DNA of 64,000 nucleotides, taken from the IMG/VR virus record IMGVR_UViG_3300010429_000664, positions 1 to 64,000 of that record; one strand, 5' to 3'. Below are positions 17,415 to 27,275 of the stretch, piece after piece. The notes beneath the pieces were generated by a model. That model worked only from the letters and a program-made list of their open reading frames with translations, ran no database searches and was not told the DNA's origin. Each line of letters opens with the position of its first letter. Position 1 is the first letter of the stretch. Origin of the DNA: a virus. Lineage: Duplodnaviria; Caudoviricetes. The position numbers and the translations under genes are program-made.

Positions 17415-18029
17415 ATGCGTCCTTTTGGACAGCCGTTATTCTCAAAGGGTATTCTAGCAAAAATAAAGGCGTGGGGTCTAGCTACCAAAGGTATGCTGGA
17501 TGAAATAGCCAAGAAGGGTCATAGCAGCGAAGAAGTAAAACGTTTTTCGGCTATTTATAAAATTGAAGGTAAAAAAGAAAAGATACTGCTCCTAGATATA
17601 CCCATTAAAGGACTGAAGCTATTTAACTTAGCGAATAATCTTTTATTAATCGGAATAAAAGAAATTGGACTTGTTTCTAATTATATAACCGAAGGAACCA
17701 AAAGCTTTTTGGTTGAGACCTCTAATCTGATTACCGGTAGCAAAATAGTAGAACGTACTATTGATTATACATGCAGTGCTGTCAAGGAGTTTAAACTAGA
17801 ATCTTCTGCTTTAGTTAGAGGTATAAAAAAATATTCGTTCAGCCACGGAAACTTTATCAAGAGTGCGCTGGTCGATTTAAAATATAATCTATTAGGTAAA
17901 AAAACGTCTGAAGTTTTAGAAATCGCAAAAATCAAAGCCTCTCGTTTTAAGCCAGTTTCATTGGTATATTCAGTATGTGGCAGACGAGATATAACCGAGA
18001 TACTGGCTGCACTTAATCCAATTAGTTAA
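17415..18029 (+). CDS. Hypothetical protein (204 aa, basic, IxGxK repeats)
   Basis: ORF coupled to its neighbours. Confidence 0.6.
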   Translation: MRPFGQPLFSKGILAKIKAWGLATKGMLDEIAKKGHSSEEVKRFSAIYKIEGKKEKILLLDIPIKGLKLFNLANNLLLIGIKEIGLVSNYITEGTKSFLVETSNLITGSKIVERTIDYTCSAVKEFKLESSALVRGIKKYSFSHGNFIKSALVDLKYNLLGKKTSEVLEIAKIKASRFKPVSLVYSVCGRRDITEILAALNPIS

Positions 18030-18038
18030 AGGTGAAAT

Positions 18039-20165
18039 ATGAACGAGAATATTACAAATCTAGACCTGGTTGACTTTCTAACGGATTATCGCTGTAACTC
18101 AGACCTTTCTTTATTAGAAGAGTCAAAAGAAAAGAACGAGCTTATAGAAATAGCGAAAGCCAAGGGCATCGATTTAAAAAATAATAGCGACCTAGCCGGA
18201 TTTAAATCCGTTTATACCTTTGCTAACAAAGCCAATCGTAACGGAGCTAGGATGCCGAAAGAAAAGCTTCTCAAGGCTCTTCCCACGATTATCGGCAAGC
18301 CGGTTGACGTAGACCATGTACGTACTCACGTTGTTGGTCATTACATAGATTATCGTTACAATGCAGAAGCCGACTCTGTTACAGCATTCGGAGTGTTTTA
18401 TAAGAGCAATTTTGCCGACCTATGGGACGAAGCAAAAAAACTGGTTGAAGCTAAAAAATTAACTACCAGCTATGAATGTTGGACTCCAAAAGACAAGCGG
18501 ACAAAACTGGCAGACGGAACTTACAATCTTAATCAGATAGAACTTGCTGGCGGAGCACTGCTATTTAGAGAAACACCCGCGTTCTCTGACGCGAAAGTTC
18601 TAGAGGTTGCAAAGGTTAATACGGAAACAAACGAAGCTTTAGTATGTGCCAAATATACCACAGAAGATTTAATTGTAAGTGAAGTTTCTGTTCCAACAGT
18701 TGAAACTAAGGTTACGTGTTCAAATTGTAAACAGGAACTCGATTATACCAAGATTCCAGAAACCTGTATGGGAGCAGTTAAATGTCCTAATTGTCTATCT
18801 ATTATTGACCAAACCGGAAAGGTTTTATTCCCTCCGCAAGTTATTGATTTTCGTATTTCCTGTCCTGAGTGCAGTTCTTCAAATTGGCTAATAAAAGAGA
18901 ACAAAGAAAGCTCTTCAGTTGTTCAATGCAGAAATTGCACAAAAGATTACGAAATATCATTTAAGAAAAATGTTAAACTACTCGCAGACGACTTTGAATT
19001 TCTATATTCCGGAAATGTTGCTTGCAAGCAGTGTGGAAGTTCTATTGTGGTTTCGGGCATTTCGAGTATTAAATCACGAGAAGTCAAGTGTCATAAATGC
19101 GGACTTGAATTTTCGTTTACAATAGGGAAGGAAAAGTATCGTACAATATCAAAGATAGATAAGGTTAAAGAAATGATTAAATCTTCGGAAGAAGGAGGGA
19201 AAAACATTATGGATTTTGAACTCGAAGTTAGTAAATGCAGTCGTCGTATACGTCGCAGTCGTCCGGATGCTACTCCAGGCGCTCTCGGAGCAGTTCTTGA
19301 CGAAGAGATGAATAAGTGGTGCGATGAACGTGAGATGGAACACGAATACGATGATATGGCCGAAGAAGCTAAAAAGCTTTCCTATCAAGAGAAGAAAGCA
19401 TTGCCGGATAAGGATTTTGCTCTAGTGATGAGGGTAAAAAATCAGAACACCGGTAAGATTCGTAAGATTCGCAAGTATGCTATCAATGACGAAAATCACG
19501 TTCGTAATGCTTTGGCTAGACTTGGCCAGGAACCTTCTAAGAAAGGCCTTGAGGCTCTAGGTGTTAGTGTAGAGAAAGTCCGCGCTAAAGTAGCTAAGAA
19601 AGCAAAAGCGATGGGTATTGAAGTGGCCTCGACTGAACCGAAGGTTGTAGAAACAGTGCAGCCCTCCGTGGCTCCCGAAGTTCCAGTTGTAGCGGCAGAA
19701 GTTGTAGCCGTTGTCGAACCGAAGGTCGAAGAGAAACCAGTTGAAGTCGCTTCTGTTGTTGCACCCGAAGTAGTTGCTACAGTAGTTGAAGCAGCGGCTG
19801 TTGTTCCTGTGCAATCCAGAGAAGAAGTAATGCTTATAGGACTAAAAAGAATGGCAAAGAAATATGCTGAACTTTTAAAGTCTTCAAAAGAGCAGGTCGC
19901 ATTTTATCAGGCAAATGCTCAGACAGTCATTACTCGTAGAGCTACACTCGGTGAACTTGCTGTGGCAATGGTTGACGCGGACCTTATGAACGACGATAAG
20001 TACGCTCGCGTTTTGGCAGAGAAAGAACTTGCGCTTGTAAAGGCAAAACTTGAAAACCAAACACCAGACCTAGTTGGTAGTAAAGTAGACGAGGCAGAAC
20101 GATTTGCGCGTCTTCGCAAAGCTATTGACGACAAGGCACAGGGTAAGGTTAAAAGAGACAGATAA
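18039..20165 (+). CDS. Putative prohead protease-scaffold fusion with six CxxC motifs
   Basis: N-terminal N.NG...GKPVDVDH...SYE..GGALL protease-like pattern; CxxC x6; Ala/Val/Glu/Pro linker; coiled C-terminus; immediately before the capsid gene. Confidence 0.6.
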   Translation: MNENITNLDLVDFLTDYRCNSDLSLLEESKEKNELIEIAKAKGIDLKNNSDLAGFKSVYTFANKANRNGARMPKEKLLKALPTIIGKPVDVDHVRTHVVGHYIDYRYNAEADSVTAFGVFYKSNFADLWDEAKKLVEAKKLTTSYECWTPKDKRTKLADGTYNLNQIELAGGALLFRETPAFSDAKVLEVAKVNTETNEALVCAKYTTEDLIVSEVSVPTVETKVTCSNCKQELDYTKIPETCMGAVKCPNCLSIIDQTGKVLFPPQVIDFRISCPECSSSNWLIKENKESSSVVQCRNCTKDYEISFKKNVKLLADDFEFLYSGNVACKQCGSSIVVSGISSIKSREVKCHKCGLEFSFTIGKEKYRTISKIDKVKEMIKSSEEGGKNIMDFELEVSKCSRRIRRSRPDATPGALGAVLDEEMNKWCDEREMEHEYDDMAEEAKKLSYQEKKALPDKDFALVMRVKNQNTGKIRKIRKYAINDENHVRNALARLGQEPSKKGLEALGVSVEKVRAKVAKKAKAMGIEVASTEPKVVETVQPSVAPEVPVVAAEVVAVVEPKVEEKPVEVASVVAPEVVATVVEAAAVVPVQSREEVMLIGLKRMAKKYAELLKSSKEQVAFYQANAQTVITRRATLGELAVAMVDADLMNDDKYARVLAEKELALVKAKLENQTPDLVGSKVDEAERFARLRKAIDDKAQGKVKRDR

Positions 20166-20306
20166 TAATCCGACTCAACAAGATAAGAGAAGGTTTATAA
20201 AGATAATATAAATCATAAAGATAAGGTTGAAAGTTGATTTAGACGTTTTTGATGATGTAGCGTGTTGCTATGTTTGATGAAAACGTAAATAAAGAAAAGG
20301 TGAATT

Positions 20307-21275
20307 ATGGAAACCAGAAATATACCCCTAGAAATCGCACAGTTGGTTGGTCAGCCAATCAACCTCCAGCTCCCCGTTCCTTACGAGCTGGCAGCAATCG
20401 CAGACGTTTTCACGGCAAATCCGGGCGACAAGTTCTGGCGTTGTGCCACGATGGAATCGACCGCAGATGTCATTCTAACAATTGACGCAAACGGTAAAAT
20501 CACGACAGTGAAGCGCAGCCCAATCGCTGATGCTCAACTTACGTTTACCGGTCTAAATTCGAAGTTAGAGTATGTTCTCGTTGATGACGTTCTCAATTCC
20601 GTCGATGTTGATGTTCTCGCTCGTAGGAAAGAGAGTATCACACGCGGTATGGACAAGACAGAGCTGAAGATTCTACTAGACGCAATCCTTAACATGACTT
20701 CCGGCTATCTCCCAGGCGTTAATCCGTTTGAGCAGACCGTTGCCTCCACTGATGACCTATTTGATGTCATTATGGGCATGAAGCATCAGGTTGAAGATTA
20801 CGGCGACCAGTTCGTTCTCCTTTGCGGTTCGACGGTAAAAGAGAAAATCGACACGTATGAGAAGGACAATGTTGCCACGTTTAATTATCGTATCGGTCTC
20901 TCCGAAAAACTTCGCGAACTCGGTATCGAAGTTGTTAAGGTGTTCGGTCAGGTCGCGTATGATAACGGTGAAAGCGGCCAGGCTCTGATGGATGCCAAGA
21001 AGATGATTCTCGTAGCGAAGAATAGCCGCATTGCCGAGGGCAAGCCGGTGAAGTTCGTTCGTCGGAAAATCTCCCCTGACATCGCGAAGCTAATGGGTTG
21101 TGAAGTTGACAGCGCTCAGAGGGCGTTGGTTGTGAACCCAACTCCAGTACCTATCGATTTCAGCGGCACGACATGGAATACACTTGCATACGGAATCTAT
21201 GGTTATGAGAGCATCGTTATGACCATCACGAATCCGAAGTCAATTTGTATTGCTGACGCGACAGTTATTCTCTAA
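20307..21275 (+). CDS. Putative major capsid protein
   Basis: 322 aa after the protease-scaffold, followed by a strong hairpin; synteny. Confidence 0.7.
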   Translation: METRNIPLEIAQLVGQPINLQLPVPYELAAIADVFTANPGDKFWRCATMESTADVILTIDANGKITTVKRSPIADAQLTFTGLNSKLEYVLVDDVLNSVDVDVLARRKESITRGMDKTELKILLDAILNMTSGYLPGVNPFEQTVASTDDLFDVIMGMKHQVEDYGDQFVLLCGSTVKEKIDTYEKDNVATFNYRIGLSEKLRELGIEVVKVFGQVAYDNGESGQALMDAKKMILVAKNSRIAEGKPVKFVRRKISPDIAKLMGCEVDSAQRALVVNPTPVPIDFSGTTWNTLAYGIYGYESIVMTITNPKSICIADATVIL

Positions 21276-21290
21276 GGTATGACGTTAACA

Positions 21291-21314
21291 GGGGGAAGGA
21301 ATGGGCCTTCCCCC
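21291..21314 (+). terminator. GC-rich hairpin after the capsid gene
   Basis: GGGGGAAGG-AATGGG-CCTTCCCCC; U-tract weak. Confidence 0.7.
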
Positions 21315-21330
21315 TTCCACAAATTAACGA

Positions 21331-21360
21331 TTGACACAGAATAACGAAAGATGTTATAAT
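21331..21360 (+). promoter_or_regulatory. Sigma70-type promoter
   Basis: TTGACAC, 18-nt spacer, TGnTATAAT. Confidence 0.85.
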
Positions 21361-21395
21361 AGATACGAACAAAAAACTAACTTGGAAAGATAAAA

Positions 21396-21830
21396 ATGAT
21401 AAAGACCAAACAGATACTTTCGGAGTCTGACAGAGAAGAAGTTTTAAACGTACTTAACCGAATCCCAGATATTTACGGCGACTTCTATATAACTAAAAAC
21501 AATCTGAGATTATTTATCAGAGAGAACTTAACAACCTTTCTAAAAGAAGTAGCTAAAGGCGATTTGATAGTATGGTCTGACGAAGGAATTGCTGTGGTGG
21601 TCGGTATCGCAGATAGAGGAAATAGAAATTATGTTAAAATTATTGCTTCTAATGGCTTTGCTGCCAATGACTTATACAAATCTATCGAAAAAGAGTACCG
21701 AGGCAAGGAACTCTGGTCTAAAATTAAACGGAATAACCCTTTTCTAAAAACCTTAGAATATAATGGGTGGACGTTTAGTCACGGTAGAGGTAAAGAAGTG
21801 TTAATGCACAAGGTTCTAAAAAGAGAGTAA
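21396..21830 (+). CDS. Hypothetical protein, possible GNAT-like fold
   Basis: C-terminal pattern ..IKRNNPFLKTLEYNGW.. resembles the GNAT terminal N-helix-G-aromatic arrangement; inference. Confidence 0.4.
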   Translation: MIKTKQILSESDREEVLNVLNRIPDIYGDFYITKNNLRLFIRENLTTFLKEVAKGDLIVWSDEGIAVVVGIADRGNRNYVKIIASNGFAANDLYKSIEKEYRGKELWSKIKRNNPFLKTLEYNGWTFSHGRGKEVLMHKVLKRE

Positions 21831-21833
21831 ACT

Positions 21834-22454
21834 ATGCTAACGAATATTGAAACCAAAGTTCGCGCTTTAGTCCAAGACGTTCTCAAAAAAGATAGCGAAT
21901 GCTTTACTTATGCCAATTCTAGCGTATTTACTCTAGCCGAGGCAAACATAGCGACCATTACTCAAGTAGTTCAACATTATGCTGTATTACCGAGCGGCGT
22001 TACCGAATATGACCGTATTTTAGGTAGCGGAGAATATTCATGGGATGCCGAGACAGGTCAATTAACCGTAACAGCCGACCTATCGTCTGGAGATATTGTT
22101 ACGGTATCGTATACGTATTATAAATATTCTTTAGCTGAAATAGATTCTTATATTTCAGCGGCACTAGTTTGGATAAGCGTTTACGGAGATAGCGATGTTA
22201 CGTGGGATTTAACGGATTTAGATGCCAGCGCATTCGATAGCCGTTCTGAAAACTTTGTAGCGTTGATGGCTGCTATTATCGTTAAACCAGAATACGATTC
22301 CTACAGAACGTCGTCAATGAGCGTAACATATCCTAGAACGATGGATAAAGACGAAAAACTTCAGAAAACAGTTCGCTCGTACAATATGGGATTGGGTATT
22401 TTTGATGTTATTACGTTTGACGAGCTGGACGTTTGGGAGAGTTACTTTGCATAA
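21834..22454 (+). CDS. Putative head-tail adaptor
   Basis: Synteny after the capsid; helical termini around a beta insertion. Confidence 0.5.
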   Translation: MLTNIETKVRALVQDVLKKDSECFTYANSSVFTLAEANIATITQVVQHYAVLPSGVTEYDRILGSGEYSWDAETGQLTVTADLSSGDIVTVSYTYYKYSLAEIDSYISAALVWISVYGDSDVTWDLTDLDASAFDSRSENFVALMAAIIVKPEYDSYRTSSMSVTYPRTMDKDEKLQKTVRSYNMGLGIFDVITFDELDVWESYFA

Positions 22455-22731
22455 GCCAGAAAAAGAAGTTAACAGTAGAAATAATTTTTATACGATAATA
22501 AGAAATAGGTTAAAAAGTTGGTTCGCTAATATCGAACTTACGTTTTGGAATAAAACGTATGTTTACGTTATGGCAGATACCATCGAATCTCTACATCAGA
22601 ACGCGGGAAATAAAGAGTACAAAAAAGCTATCAAGAAACTCAAGAAAGAGATTAAAGCCAGGATGGAATGCTGTGGCTGTAACGATAAGTTCAACTGCAT
22701 TCTAAAAAAGCGCGGAATCATTAAGGATTAA
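22447..22731 (+). CDS. Hypothetical protein (probable TTG start)
   Basis: ORF between neck genes; GGGAGAG upstream. Confidence 0.45.
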   Translation: MHKPEKEVNSRNNFYTIIRNRLKSWFANIELTFWNKTYVYVMADTIESLHQNAGNKEYKKAIKKLKKEIKARMECCGCNDKFNCILKKRGIIKD

Positions 22732-22732
22732 T

Positions 22733-23086
22733 ATGGACGACCTTTTTGCTGATAAATCTCAGAAAATAAGAGTGTTTTTAGGCACTGAGGTCGAGGCAGA
22801 CCCATACGATAAAGACAAGACAGTAACATATTTAAATCCTATTCCGATTAGTGCAGTAGTTAACGAACTTATTGCTTCACAGATTTCTTACAAACTACCG
22901 GGAATTGAAACATCCGGAGCAATGGAAATTATCGTTCGTAAAAAATATCGTCCGTTAATTGAACAGTCGCAGAAATTTGAGATAACGTGTGACGGAGAAG
23001 AATACGAAGGCTGGAGAGTTAACGGTAAGATGCAGATAAGACAAGACGGAGACGACTATATACGTTGTTATATCTATCGGGTGTAA
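22733..23086 (+). CDS. Putative head-closure protein
   Basis: 117 aa, beta-rich; synteny. Confidence 0.45.
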   Translation: MDDLFADKSQKIRVFLGTEVEADPYDKDKTVTYLNPIPISAVVNELIASQISYKLPGIETSGAMEIIVRKKYRPLIEQSQKFEITCDGEEYEGWRVNGKMQIRQDGDDYIRCYIYRV

Positions 23087-23087
23087 T

Positions 23088-23642
23088 ATGAATTTTACTA
23101 TTTCCATAGATACAGCAGCTATGTCGAGACTAGAGAACGCAATAACGCATAAAGTGCAAGTCGAACTCGGTCCAGAGCAGTTAGGTAAAATAAAAGCGGA
23201 TTTAATAGCTCGTGCAAAGAAGGTTGCCGAGGAGATGAGAGATTTTATTGCCTCTCATGCGCGTAGAGACGGGCATACAGGTCAACTAGAAAAAGCAATT
23301 GCGGTCGAAGAAGTCGAATCGACTCCAACTTCGATTACGGTTGGTATACTTAACATCGATAAAGTAACAAAAGAGGCTCCATACTGGCACGTTCTGAACT
23401 ATGGTTTTCGATGGGATACAAGAGAGCGCTTTATACCTCCTGCAAATCTAGGAACGTTTACTGGAGGAGAAGGTCCGCTAAAATCTAAAGCCGGTGGAAC
23501 TGACCAGTGGTTTCATACTGGTGATACGAGTATGCACTTATTGGAGCCTAAAACGTTTACTCCAATAAACTATATTCAAGTCGGTGTTTCGGCTTTAGAA
23601 CGAGAAGTGACAAATTTAGTAGCTAAATTTTCGAGGAAATAA
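23088..23642 (+). CDS. Putative neck/tail-completion protein (HK97 gp10-like)
   Basis: TG.L..AI, .PYW..LNYG motifs; synteny. Confidence 0.5.
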   Translation: MNFTISIDTAAMSRLENAITHKVQVELGPEQLGKIKADLIARAKKVAEEMRDFIASHARRDGHTGQLEKAIAVEEVESTPTSITVGILNIDKVTKEAPYWHVLNYGFRWDTRERFIPPANLGTFTGGEGPLKSKAGGTDQWFHTGDTSMHLLEPKTFTPINYIQVGVSALEREVTNLVAKFSRK

Positions 23643-24115
23643 TGGCATATCGTACCGGTAGAAATATCATTGCTTCAGTAATAGACAACATTGAATCACT
23701 TTTACAGTCTAATGGCTGGAATGGTGTTAGCGTTGTTAAAGGTTTTGCCCAAGCTTACGAAACTGAGCTTCCAGTTATTTGTGTTCGAATAAATACGACT
23801 GAACACAATCCGATAGAGGTAGGGTCGTCTTTAACGGTTAGAGAACCTAATCTCATTCTCGATGTTTTCGCCACTAGTTTTGGACAGGCAGAAGATTTAA
23901 AGGATTTTCTTGTTGACGAACTCAAGGCCGGTATGACTTATTACACTTATACGACCGTTAATGGAACAGTAACTGGAACGTCTGCCGGTAGGTTGCGTGT
24001 ATTCAGTATTAAAGATTATCCGGTTAACTTTGGCTCGGAACTAACTAAAATTGACAAATACGACCGTTATCGTTGGGTCGTTAGTATGAAAGTAAGCACA
24101 GGACAAACGGAATAG
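23642..24115 (+). CDS. Putative tail terminator protein
   Basis: LPVICV, LILDVFA motifs; directly before the tail tube gene. Confidence 0.5.
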   Translation: MAYRTGRNIIASVIDNIESLLQSNGWNGVSVVKGFAQAYETELPVICVRINTTEHNPIEVGSSLTVREPNLILDVFATSFGQAEDLKDFLVDELKAGMTYYTYTTVNGTVTGTSAGRLRVFSIKDYPVNFGSELTKIDKYDRYRWVVSMKVSTGQTE

Positions 24116-24250
24116 GAGGTCACAACAACATGCCGTAAGGTACGTGCAATTGACTGGGTTGTATGTTTTAAAAAATCCCAGTCGGAATACTAAGTTTCCT
24201 AGAAGGGAAACAAAAACCAAATAAGCATAACTCATTGAAGGAGAAAACTT

Positions 24251-25483
24251 ATGATAAACTATTCTTACTATAAACCTCGCATCTTTCCAATTGGCGGAGC
24301 CGGTGTTTCTGCTGAGATTGACCGCGCCCAGTCGATTGACCCAACAGTTACAATGAACCGCGATAAAGTTAATGAAATTGGTCGCGACGGCACGGTTGGT
24401 TATGTAAAGAAAAGCCCGTCGGTAACATATGCTGTAAAGCAGTTAGAGCACGGGAATATCGAATTTTTTCAGAAACTAGCGAACGAAGAGACTCATGGTA
24501 ATGCCGGTGAAGCTGCTCTAACGCTCAACGATTTCAAAACTTCGCGTTCGCATATATGCGCTTATCTAACCGACGATGATGGAACGTTCCGTGGTACGCT
24601 TCTTTATCCCGAACTTCGCGTAGACGGTTTTTCGCTTTCAATTGGCGACCCACAGGGTATGATTGAACGCAGTTATAATCTCGTTGGCGAATCGGCTATT
24701 ATATGGCAGGGAAATAATAAGTATTTTATCGAAGTAATTGATACTCTTGGTTCGGCTGGCGATAATACGATTTCTCTAGCAGCTCGCGCTCCGGTTCTTG
24801 ACCCAGATACTTCCGCTTACATGTTTAAGGTAGTTCGCGTTCGTGCTGGAATTGCAACTGACCTTACGCTAACGACAGACTACACGTATGATAGCGGAAC
24901 CACAACTCTAACAATCGTATCGGCACAGGCCGGGGATGTTATCAAGGCTTATTATACGTCAGGAACAGCACCAGTTACGCAGTTCACGAATAACGACGTT
25001 GATGTTGCCGGTATTACTGGTGAGTGTGCTTCGATTTATATGTACGTACCAGCTTCCGGGCATCCTGCATCAACCGATTACGTTTATAGGCTTCAGAGCG
25101 TAACGCTAGATGTTAAGTTTACTCGCGAAGACCCTCGGGAAATCGGCAATAAGCAGGTTGTGGCTCGTGGTATTAAGGATAAGGTTGTTACGGTTACAAC
25201 CGGTCGTAAGCTTGAGCAGTTCACAATTGAAGAAGTTCTTCGTGGTGAAGTTGCCGGGTTTGGTAAGATTGACGTTGATAAGATGAGAGACGATATTTCT
25301 ATTATCGTAAAGATTTATGACGATAATACAAAAACAAGCTTCAAGTATGGTTTCTTAGCTTCGGGTCTCACGCCATCTGACCTAAAGAACGGCGCGGCTG
25401 TTCGTGAGTATACCAATGCAGACGTAACCCTAACGGGCGAGACGCTCAGTATATCTGAAGACGCAAGTGTACTTGGTATCTAA
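24251..25483 (+). CDS. Putative major tail (tube) protein
   Basis: 410 aa, beta-rich with an Ig-like insertion, strong SD, followed by a terminator; synteny. Confidence 0.65.
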   Translation: MINYSYYKPRIFPIGGAGVSAEIDRAQSIDPTVTMNRDKVNEIGRDGTVGYVKKSPSVTYAVKQLEHGNIEFFQKLANEETHGNAGEAALTLNDFKTSRSHICAYLTDDDGTFRGTLLYPELRVDGFSLSIGDPQGMIERSYNLVGESAIIWQGNNKYFIEVIDTLGSAGDNTISLAARAPVLDPDTSAYMFKVVRVRAGIATDLTLTTDYTYDSGTTTLTIVSAQAGDVIKAYYTSGTAPVTQFTNNDVDVAGITGECASIYMYVPASGHPASTDYVYRLQSVTLDVKFTREDPREIGNKQVVARGIKDKVVTVTTGRKLEQFTIEEVLRGEVAGFGKIDVDKMRDDISIIVKIYDDNTKTSFKYGFLASGLTPSDLKNGAAVREYTNADVTLTGETLSISEDASVLGI

Positions 25484-25494
25484 TAAGTAAGGCC

Positions 25495-25518
25495 GGAGGG
25501 GGCCGTAAGACCCCCTCC
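25495..25518 (+). terminator. Hairpin after the tail tube gene
   Basis: GGAGGGGG-CCGTAAGA-CCCCCTCC. Confidence 0.7.
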
Positions 25519-25524
25519 TTCCAA

Positions 25525-26040
25525 ATGTATGTGGGAACATCTATGCTAGATAAAAAAGAATATGACCGCCTTTGGAGAATAAATCACAAAGAAGAAATTA
25601 AAATTAGAAATCGCGATTATTATTTAACTCACTTAAAAGAGCGAAAAATTTATCTAGAGTTAAATAAAGAAAAAATTAAAAAATATACTAAAACGAGCAA
25701 ATATTACTACGAACGATATAATAAAAATCTGAATTACAGACTTCGCTGTTTATTAAAAGGAAGATTATCCGACGCTTTAAAAAATAATAGGAAGGCATCA
25801 AGTATTATAAACTTGTTAGGGAGTTCAATAGCAGACTTTCGAATTTACATAGAATCTAAGTTTGATTCTACAATGTCGTGGAATAACTACGGCTACTACG
25901 GTTGGCACATCGACCATGTTATTCCATGCGCTCATTTTGATTTATCAAAGGAAGAAGACCAATATCGCTGTTTTCATTATACAAACCTGCAACCTCTGTG
26001 GGCAAAGGACAATTTAAGTAAAGGTTCTCGTGTAAGTTAA
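25525..26040 (+). mobile_element. Free-standing HNH-type endonuclease
   Basis: WHIDHVIPC...FHYTNLQPLWAKDNLSKG. Confidence 0.8.
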
Positions 26041-26060
26041 TTACCCTGTAAGGAGTATGT

Positions 26061-26288
26061 GTGATGGAACTGTATGACCAAATTTCCTCGTTAGTAGATT
26101 CACAGGCCAAGGTACTAGTCGGCCAGCTTATGAAGCGCGTTGAAGTTCTTGAACAGGAACAGGCACTAACTCCGTCTCTGTTTAAGGCTCTAGCTCGCGA
26201 ATCCGTCTATGAACACTTCCGTAATTTAAATAAGTTGATTGAACTTCAGTTTAAAATCGGTAAGGTAGTATTTACAACAAAGAAGTAA
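26061..26288 (+). CDS. Hypothetical protein (75 aa)
   Basis: SD AAGGAG; ORF in the tail module. Confidence 0.6.
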   Translation: MMELYDQISSLVDSQAKVLVGQLMKRVEVLEQEQALTPSLFKALARESVYEHFRNLNKLIELQFKIGKVVFTTKK

Positions 26289-26299
26289 GGAGAGATAAA

Positions 26300-26920
26300 A
26301 TGGATGAACGCAGCGAAATTAAACAAGAATTTGAAGAGAAGTTAAAAGACGAAGAAAAAATATCTGAAATTGAAGGCGTTATTCGCGATAATAAAGTATG
26401 CTTTAAAGTTAGAGAGGAAACCTATCGGTTACGCAAAGCCAGCTATGCCGAAAAACAGGAAATTGATGCTTTTCGTCGAAAACTTTATCTATCGTATTTA
26501 AAAGACGATTCGATGATTTTTAAAAAAGACCTCGTTAAAATGCTTAAAGAAAAACAGATAGACATCGATAAAAATGACTTAACTATTAAAGAACTTCAGA
26601 ATTCTATTGATAATCTATTGCTTATCTTAGCTCAGACGACTATAGAAAAAGAAATTCAAGATTTAAAGTCAAAAATTCTTACTTTAAAGACCGAACAGAA
26701 CAAGTTATACGCAGAAAAATCAGATGTTCTAACGTACTGCATCGAAGAACAGCTATCAACAAACGCTATGATTTATTACGCGCAACTTGTCTTGGATAAA
26801 AAAGTCGAAGAAAATTGGGTTAAGGCATTTAAAAACTACGACGAGTTTATTCAATGTGAAGATAGCCAGCTAATTGAGAAAATAACTTACTATATAACGT
26901 ATTTAGTTTATTCAGATTAA
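26300..26920 (+). CDS. Putative tail assembly chaperone
   Basis: Helical, between tail tube and tape measure. Confidence 0.5.
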   Translation: MDERSEIKQEFEEKLKDEEKISEIEGVIRDNKVCFKVREETYRLRKASYAEKQEIDAFRRKLYLSYLKDDSMIFKKDLVKMLKEKQIDIDKNDLTIKELQNSIDNLLLILAQTTIEKEIQDLKSKILTLKTEQNKLYAEKSDVLTYCIEEQLSTNAMIYYAQLVLDKKVEENWVKAFKNYDEFIQCEDSQLIEKITYYITYLVYSD

Positions 26921-26921
26921 T

Positions 26922-27266
26922 ATGAAAAACTATTTGCGTACGTTGGCCGCGTCTTACAGATATCAGTTTTTGTACTCTCAGATGCGAAATGGAGTACCGA
27001 TAGGATTGTTTGATAATCAAGGCGATTTATCAAAAATTCAAGTTATCTTTTTACAGTGGTTGAGCTACTATTATAATCTTTATCAGTCGCTTGCGATGAA
27101 TGAAGACCCGATGTTTTTAACAAAAGAAGTATTACAGGATGAATTACGAACTGACGCTTACGTGTTATGGAAATCAAAAAAGGACGATAAATCTCATGTT
27201 AAAAAAGGGAACGTTATAGATAATTCTACAGTTCCGAGCATGGTATTTATGAAAAAGCAGAAATAA
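26922..27266 (+). CDS. Putative second tail assembly chaperone
   Basis: Position directly before the tape measure gene. Confidence 0.4.
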   Translation: MKNYLRTLAASYRYQFLYSQMRNGVPIGLFDNQGDLSKIQVIFLQWLSYYYNLYQSLAMNEDPMFLTKEVLQDELRTDAYVLWKSKKDDKSHVKKGNVIDNSTVPSMVFMKKQK

Positions 27267-27275
27267 TGGTGAGTT

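Noticed and set aside
26900-26930. Programmed -1 frameshift between tail chaperones
   Set aside because: No XXXYYYZ slippery site near the first stop, and the second ORF has its own ATG
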